Source of the DNA: a virus
Taxonomy: Duplodnaviria; Caudoviricetes
Reading direction: 5' to 3' (one strand)
Length of the DNA: 64,000 bases
Virus record (IMG/VR): IMGVR_UViG_2597490289_000004
Location: 34,317-98,316 of that record
Shown in pieces: positions 59,752 through 64,000 of this stretch. The position numbers and the translations under genes were made by a program. The stretch's first letter is position 1, and the number at the start of each line of letters is the position of its first letter. Under the pieces are notes generated by a model that was given only the letters and a program-made list of their open reading frames with translations, was not told the DNA's origin and ran no database searches.

Positions 59752-62075
59752 AGAGTATGAAATTAAGCGAATATTTTAAATTAATAAAACCAAGTTATAA
59801 ATATATACAGATAATACCTCATAAAAGCATAAGAAATTACAATTCTAGTAATATAGCAAAAGCTATAGCACACACCTATAAATCATTAGATAGACGTATT
59901 AGAAGAGAAAAAAACAAACTATTCTTTGAATGTGATTTTAAAATTTCCTACATTATAGATATTCAAAACAATGATGCTAAGTTTTACTTTTTAGTTCCGG
60001 ATCCATTTGTTACTGTGTTATTAGAAAAAATTAGAGAGATATGGGCCAAAGCTACCATTAATATATTAGAAGATAAAATTAAAGAGTTTTCAGAGAATGC
60101 AGAAATGTATCAATTAAGTTATAAAAAAGAAGATGCAATGTCTTTACAGGTAGATAAAAAATCTAATGAACCATTAAATAGTATATTGAGCGTAATGGAT
60201 GTTATGAAAGAAGATGATAGAATTACTATAGTATATAATTTCCTTCCATGTTCTCAGTTTGGGTGGATGCAAAGATATAATACAACTATGGAAAAGATTA
60301 AAGATAATAAGGTGATAGATAAGAAACAAACAAGCCCAGAATATATTATAAAATCTACATTGGTTAATATAGTAAAGCTATTTAATACATTTTTACAAGT
60401 ACTAGATGATTTTACAGGTGGAAGTGGAGAGGATAAAAAGGAAAGTTTATATAATTCTATATTAGGAATTTTAGAACAACAAAAAGAACTAAGTGCAGCT
60501 ACAAAAAGAAAAAAAGAACAAACGATATTAGATACACAAATATCGGTAATATCAGAAAGCGCGAATGAAAATAGAAAAGATAATAATGCTTTAAGTGTAT
60601 GCCAAGCCTATAGGGTGTTAGATGAAGATAATGAGCTTATATATAAGAAGATAAATAATAAAAGAACTATAGATTTAGAGAAAACAAGTCTAGGAACTAC
60701 TATAAGCACTATAAGTACGGAAGAAGCGTCTAATTTTATACAAATACCAGGAAGAAGTCTTTTATATAGTCTTGGAATTAAATTTATTAAAGTAGAAGAG
60801 GTTAAAGTGCCTGAGAAATTAAGAAAAGGTTATATATGTTTAGGTAATGCTAAAAATAAAGGCACTATATTAGCAGCATACTTAGAAGATGATAAAGAAA
60901 TAGGTTCACTTCCATTAATGCTGTTAGGTAGGCAAGGAGGAGGAAAAACAACTTATATGTGTAACTATGCTAATTATTGTTTAAGCAGAAATGAAAGCAT
61001 AGTACATATAGATTTTATAAAAAATTGTGAAGCAAGTAAGGCTATAGAAAAAGTTGTGCCTAAAGACAGACTAATTGTATTAGATTTTAGTGTGGAAGAA
61101 GGATTACAAGCGTTAGCTTATAATGAAATAAAATTTACAGACAATATGTCTTGGTTTGAAAAACAAGCTTTAGCTAATAAAAAAACAGAACTTACATTGG
61201 AATTAATAAATTCTATAAATGTAAATGGTGATCCATTAAGCGCTAAGATGGAGAGATATTTATGTGCTTGTACAGATATTGTATATTTAGACGAAAAAAC
61301 TACTCTTAAGGATGTTATTAGTTGTTTAACTAATTATAAGTATAGAGAAAATATAATAGGCAATATTCCAGAAGAATTAAAAGAAGAGCTACAAGATAGT
61401 ATAGACACTTTACTAGAATTAGATGAATGGTCCAAAGCTAGTAAAGATAATCCAAGTGAGAAAATTGGTACAAGAGATAGTAAAATAGAAGGAATATTAG
61501 ATAGAGTAACACTACTTAAAAGAGATTTTTATCTTAAAAAGATGTTTAATAAAACACCTGAAAACAATATAGATTTTGCCAAAGCAACAGAAGAAGGAAA
61601 AGTAATATTAGTAAGAATGCCACAATCGAAATTTAAGGATTATGTTAAAAATGTTATTACTACTTTCCTTTTAACCAAATGTTGGCTAGCAGCAGAATTA
61701 AGAGGGGAATTATCAGAGAAAACTAAAAGATGTCATGTTCTTATAGATGAAATAAGTCAAACTAAAACAGCAGAGATGTTCATGGAATCTAAATTAACTC
61801 AAACTAGAAAGTTTGGTTTAAAATTTGTTTTAACAGGACAATACTTAGATCAATTAGAACAGCAAACTATTAAAAGTCTTAAAGGTGCTGGGTGTTCATT
61901 CATGCTTCTTAAAGGAGCTATTAAGGAAGATTTTCAATATTTCAAAGATGAACTTGATGAAACCTTTGAGTATGAGGATCTAAAAGACATGGAAAAGTTC
62001 AGTAGTTTAAATGTAATTCAATATAGTGATGGATATTCTAGTTTTATAACTAAACTTCCACCAGAATTAAAATAG
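59748..62075 (+). CDS. VirB4/VirD4/HerA-FtsK superfamily P-loop ATPase
   Basis: GRQGGGKTT Walker A, HVLIDE Walker B, TRKFGLKFVLTGQ arginine finger/sensor. Confidence 0.85.
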   Translation: MKSMKLSEYFKLIKPSYKYIQIIPHKSIRNYNSSNIAKAIAHTYKSLDRRIRREKNKLFFECDFKISYIIDIQNNDAKFYFLVPDPFVTVLLEKIREIWAKATINILEDKIKEFSENAEMYQLSYKKEDAMSLQVDKKSNEPLNSILSVMDVMKEDDRITIVYNFLPCSQFGWMQRYNTTMEKIKDNKVIDKKQTSPEYIIKSTLVNIVKLFNTFLQVLDDFTGGSGEDKKESLYNSILGILEQQKELSAATKRKKEQTILDTQISVISESANENRKDNNALSVCQAYRVLDEDNELIYKKINNKRTIDLEKTSLGTTISTISTEEASNFIQIPGRSLLYSLGIKFIKVEEVKVPEKLRKGYICLGNAKNKGTILAAYLEDDKEIGSLPLMLLGRQGGGKTTYMCNYANYCLSRNESIVHIDFIKNCEASKAIEKVVPKDRLIVLDFSVEEGLQALAYNEIKFTDNMSWFEKQALANKKTELTLELINSINVNGDPLSAKMERYLCACTDIVYLDEKTTLKDVISCLTNYKYRENIIGNIPEELKEELQDSIDTLLELDEWSKASKDNPSEKIGTRDSKIEGILDRVTLLKRDFYLKKMFNKTPENNIDFAKATEEGKVILVRMPQSKFKDYVKNVITTFLLTKCWLAAELRGELSEKTKRCHVLIDEISQTKTAEMFMESKLTQTRKFGLKFVLTGQYLDQLEQQTIKSLKGAGCSFMLLKGAIKEDFQYFKDELDETFEYEDLKDMEKFSSLNVIQYSDGYSSFITKLPPELK

Positions 62076-62145
62076 GCTAGGAGATAATATCCTAGTCTTA
62101 TTTTAATGCAAAATAAAAAGAGTAGATTAGCTACTCTTAATGATC

Positions 62146-62913
62146 CTATAGGCAAAAAGATATAGGTATGTAATCCTGTTTTAAAAATTCCTTCATTATG
62201 TACATGTAATTATCTTCAATTCTTATTCTAAGACATCCTAATACATATATTATATCTTCTTTACGTAATATAAGTTTATTTAGTTCTTTCATTAGTGGCT
62301 TTTTATTAACTATATAGGTATTTTCTCTTTCTTCAATAATAATTTCCTCATGAGTTGAAACATACTCTCTAATTATTTGTAAAGCTAAATCTGGAAGATA
62401 TGATTCATCTTGTCCAGTTTTGATAGATAATCTAAAAACAGCATCGCTTTGTAGTCTATATTCTTTATTCTTAGTTTCAATTTTTTCTTTTTCTTCCTTT
62501 AGCATTTTATAATTATATCTTAATTCACTTATCTTATCTTCTAATAATTGTTGATTTTCTAACAATTCATCTGTTATGTATAAACCATGTTTTCTAATAG
62601 AAGGCAATACTTCTTTAGTAACCCATCTTTTAAATTCTTGAGCAGTTTTTAATTCACTTCCAAATATTAAACTATACATACCACTTTCATTTATAACTAT
62701 CATATTTCTTCCTTGACCTGCCCCGTCGATTTTACGGGTTAGCTTGTCTTCTTCAAATACATGCTTTCTAATAGCTTGATCTGTATCAGTATACTTTAAA
62801 CAATTGGCCACATCTTTACCAACAAACCAACATTCGCCATTAATAAATAATGTTCTTACTTCTCCCAATTCTTCATTTTTAAAAATCTCAATTTTATTCT
62901 CCAATAAATCCAC
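62146..62913 (-). CDS. BRO-N domain protein
   Basis: WFVGKDVA, INESGMYSLI, FKRWVTKEVLPSIRK. Confidence 0.85.
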   Translation of the reverse strand: MDLLENKIEIFKNEELGEVRTLFINGECWFVGKDVANCLKYTDTDQAIRKHVFEEDKLTRKIDGAGQGRNMIVINESGMYSLIFGSELKTAQEFKRWVTKEVLPSIRKHGLYITDELLENQQLLEDKISELRYNYKMLKEEKEKIETKNKEYRLQSDAVFRLSIKTGQDESYLPDLALQIIREYVSTHEEIIIEERENTYIVNKKPLMKELNKLILRKEDIIYVLGCLRIRIEDNYMYIMKEFLKQDYIPISFCL

Positions 62914-63049
62914 CCCTTAAATATTTATTTCTTTAATATAATTATACAACTATTTTGTGATATATACAACTCGCAAAACGCTATATTAAAATTAAAAATA
63001 TTTATAAGTATAGCGTTATATAGTATAATAAAAATAAGGAGTTGATATA

Positions 63050-63259
63050 ATGATAAAAATGAGATTACATATATTGCTTGCAGAAAAAAGAATAACTAGA
63101 AAACAGTTATCAGAGGATACAGGAATAAGATTGGCGACAGTTTCAGCATATTGTAATGAGAAATATAAATATTTAGTTCCAGAGCATTTATCTAAATTAT
63201 GCAAATATTTAAAATGCGATATTTCTAATTTAATTGAATATGTAGAAGATGAAGAGTAA
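63050..63259 (+). CDS. Cro/C1-type HTH regulator
   Basis: ITRKQLSEDTGIRLATVS...LCKYLKCDISNLIEY. Confidence 0.85.
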   Translation: MIKMRLHILLAEKRITRKQLSEDTGIRLATVSAYCNEKYKYLVPEHLSKLCKYLKCDISNLIEYVEDEE

Positions 63260-63309
63260 GGTTTGATTAATTTCAAGCCTTATTTTTTATTTTCCATTAG
63301 GCAAGATAG

Positions 63310-63676
63310 GTTTGTACCAAAAACACAGGTCTTTTGTAACAAAAGTTTTGACCTATTTGTTACACTTGTAAGCATTGGTATTACTAGCCTGTAGGGTAAT
63401 AATCTTATTTGTACCGAAAATAAAAAATATATGCACACAACTTTATATAATAATAATATATATACTTTTTCTATATATATAATATAATATTATAATTATT
63501 GTTACATTATATATTATATATAGTATAAAGCTAGATATATCAGTACTTTAGAGGTGTAACAAAAAGTGTAAATGTTTTTTATTTCCATTTTTAATAAAGT
63601 TGCTCTAAAGCTAGATATAATCAACCCTACAGGCTGTAACAAAAACCTTTTTATTTTCGGTACATTTTTGGTACAG
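63310..63676. repeat. Iteron-like TGTA(A/C)CAAAA repeats around an AT-rich core
   Basis: About nine direct/inverted copies plus longer inverted pairs. Confidence 0.65.
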
Positions 63677-63727
63677 GGATTTTAAGACCAAGATTACTTA
63701 TCCTGGTCTTATTCTTTAGATTGTCTA

Positions 63728-64000
63728 TCATTCTTTTTCTAAGCATTTAGTACAACTATAAATATTACAATGCATATTATTGCTTTTTAACATATCACAA
63801 TCATTATTTAAATAAAAAAATATATAAACTCTAACAGGGCATATATCAAGAGCATTAGATAGTATTTTTATTGCTTTTGGAGAAGGTATTTTTTTGCCAC
63901 TTTCTATTTTCGAAATATAACTTGCATTAAAGTTACATCTTCTAGCTAATTCCGACTGACTAATTTCCTGTTTAGTTCTTTCAATGGCTATTATATTCAT
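63728..64000 (-). CDS. Xre-family HTH regulator
   Basis: ISQSELARRCNFNASYISKIESG; start at window edge. Confidence 0.8.
   Translation of the reverse strand: MNIIAIERTKQEISQSELARRCNFNASYISKIESGKKIPSPKAIKILSNALDICPVRVYIFFYLNNDCDMLKSNNMHCNIYSCTKCLEKE

Larger units (their letters stand above)
11476..64000. mobile_element. Prophage with contractile PBSX-like tail; right end outside window
   Basis: Integrase, CI/Cro, replication, terminase, portal, capsid, sheath, baseplate, lysis in canonical order. Confidence 0.95.

Noticed and set aside
1790-63276. Many antisense or overlapping ORFs in the track (e.g. 4733-5239, 10570-10899, 16860-17249, 23157-23624, 46649-47002)
   Set aside because: Shadows of well-supported genes on the other strand, with no RBS or recognisable motifs
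62075-64000. attR and the 3' half of hcp
   Set aside because: No hcp continuation visible; the prophage end lies beyond the window

Overview
Low-GC Clostridium-type chromosome (beijerinckii/butyricum-like gene content, inferred). 1-11.5 kb is host DNA: two Csp-type S8 proteases, a decayed regulator/partition islet (4.1-8.0 kb), an S41 peptidase, a kinase-like ORF and the 5' half of hcp. hcp is cut at about 11475 by a >52 kb PBSX-tailed (myovirus-like) prophage with a large serine integrase; the right end lies beyond the window. The prophage has immunity, replication, packaging, head, tail and lysis modules plus SpoIIID and AbrB homologues, a Tad1 anti-Thoeris sponge cluster, a probable MuF toxin-immunity pair and four recombinase genes. 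Most notable: (1) a family of 24-bp 9-6-9 inverted-repeat sites at gene boundaries near an internal XerD-like recombinase and around the tail-fibre tip, suggesting integron-like cassette exchange; (2) an Xre-ParM-ParR-pilin-like-membrane-VirB4/HerA-like ATPase module present twice (intact in the prophage, truncated in the host islet), with conserved sporulation-type promoters, an antisense 22-aa peptide and a candidate sRNA; (3) a stand-alone 23-aa SGGxWG-repeat peptide gene with a SigH-like promoter. Family assignments are from motif recognition only; no searches were run.
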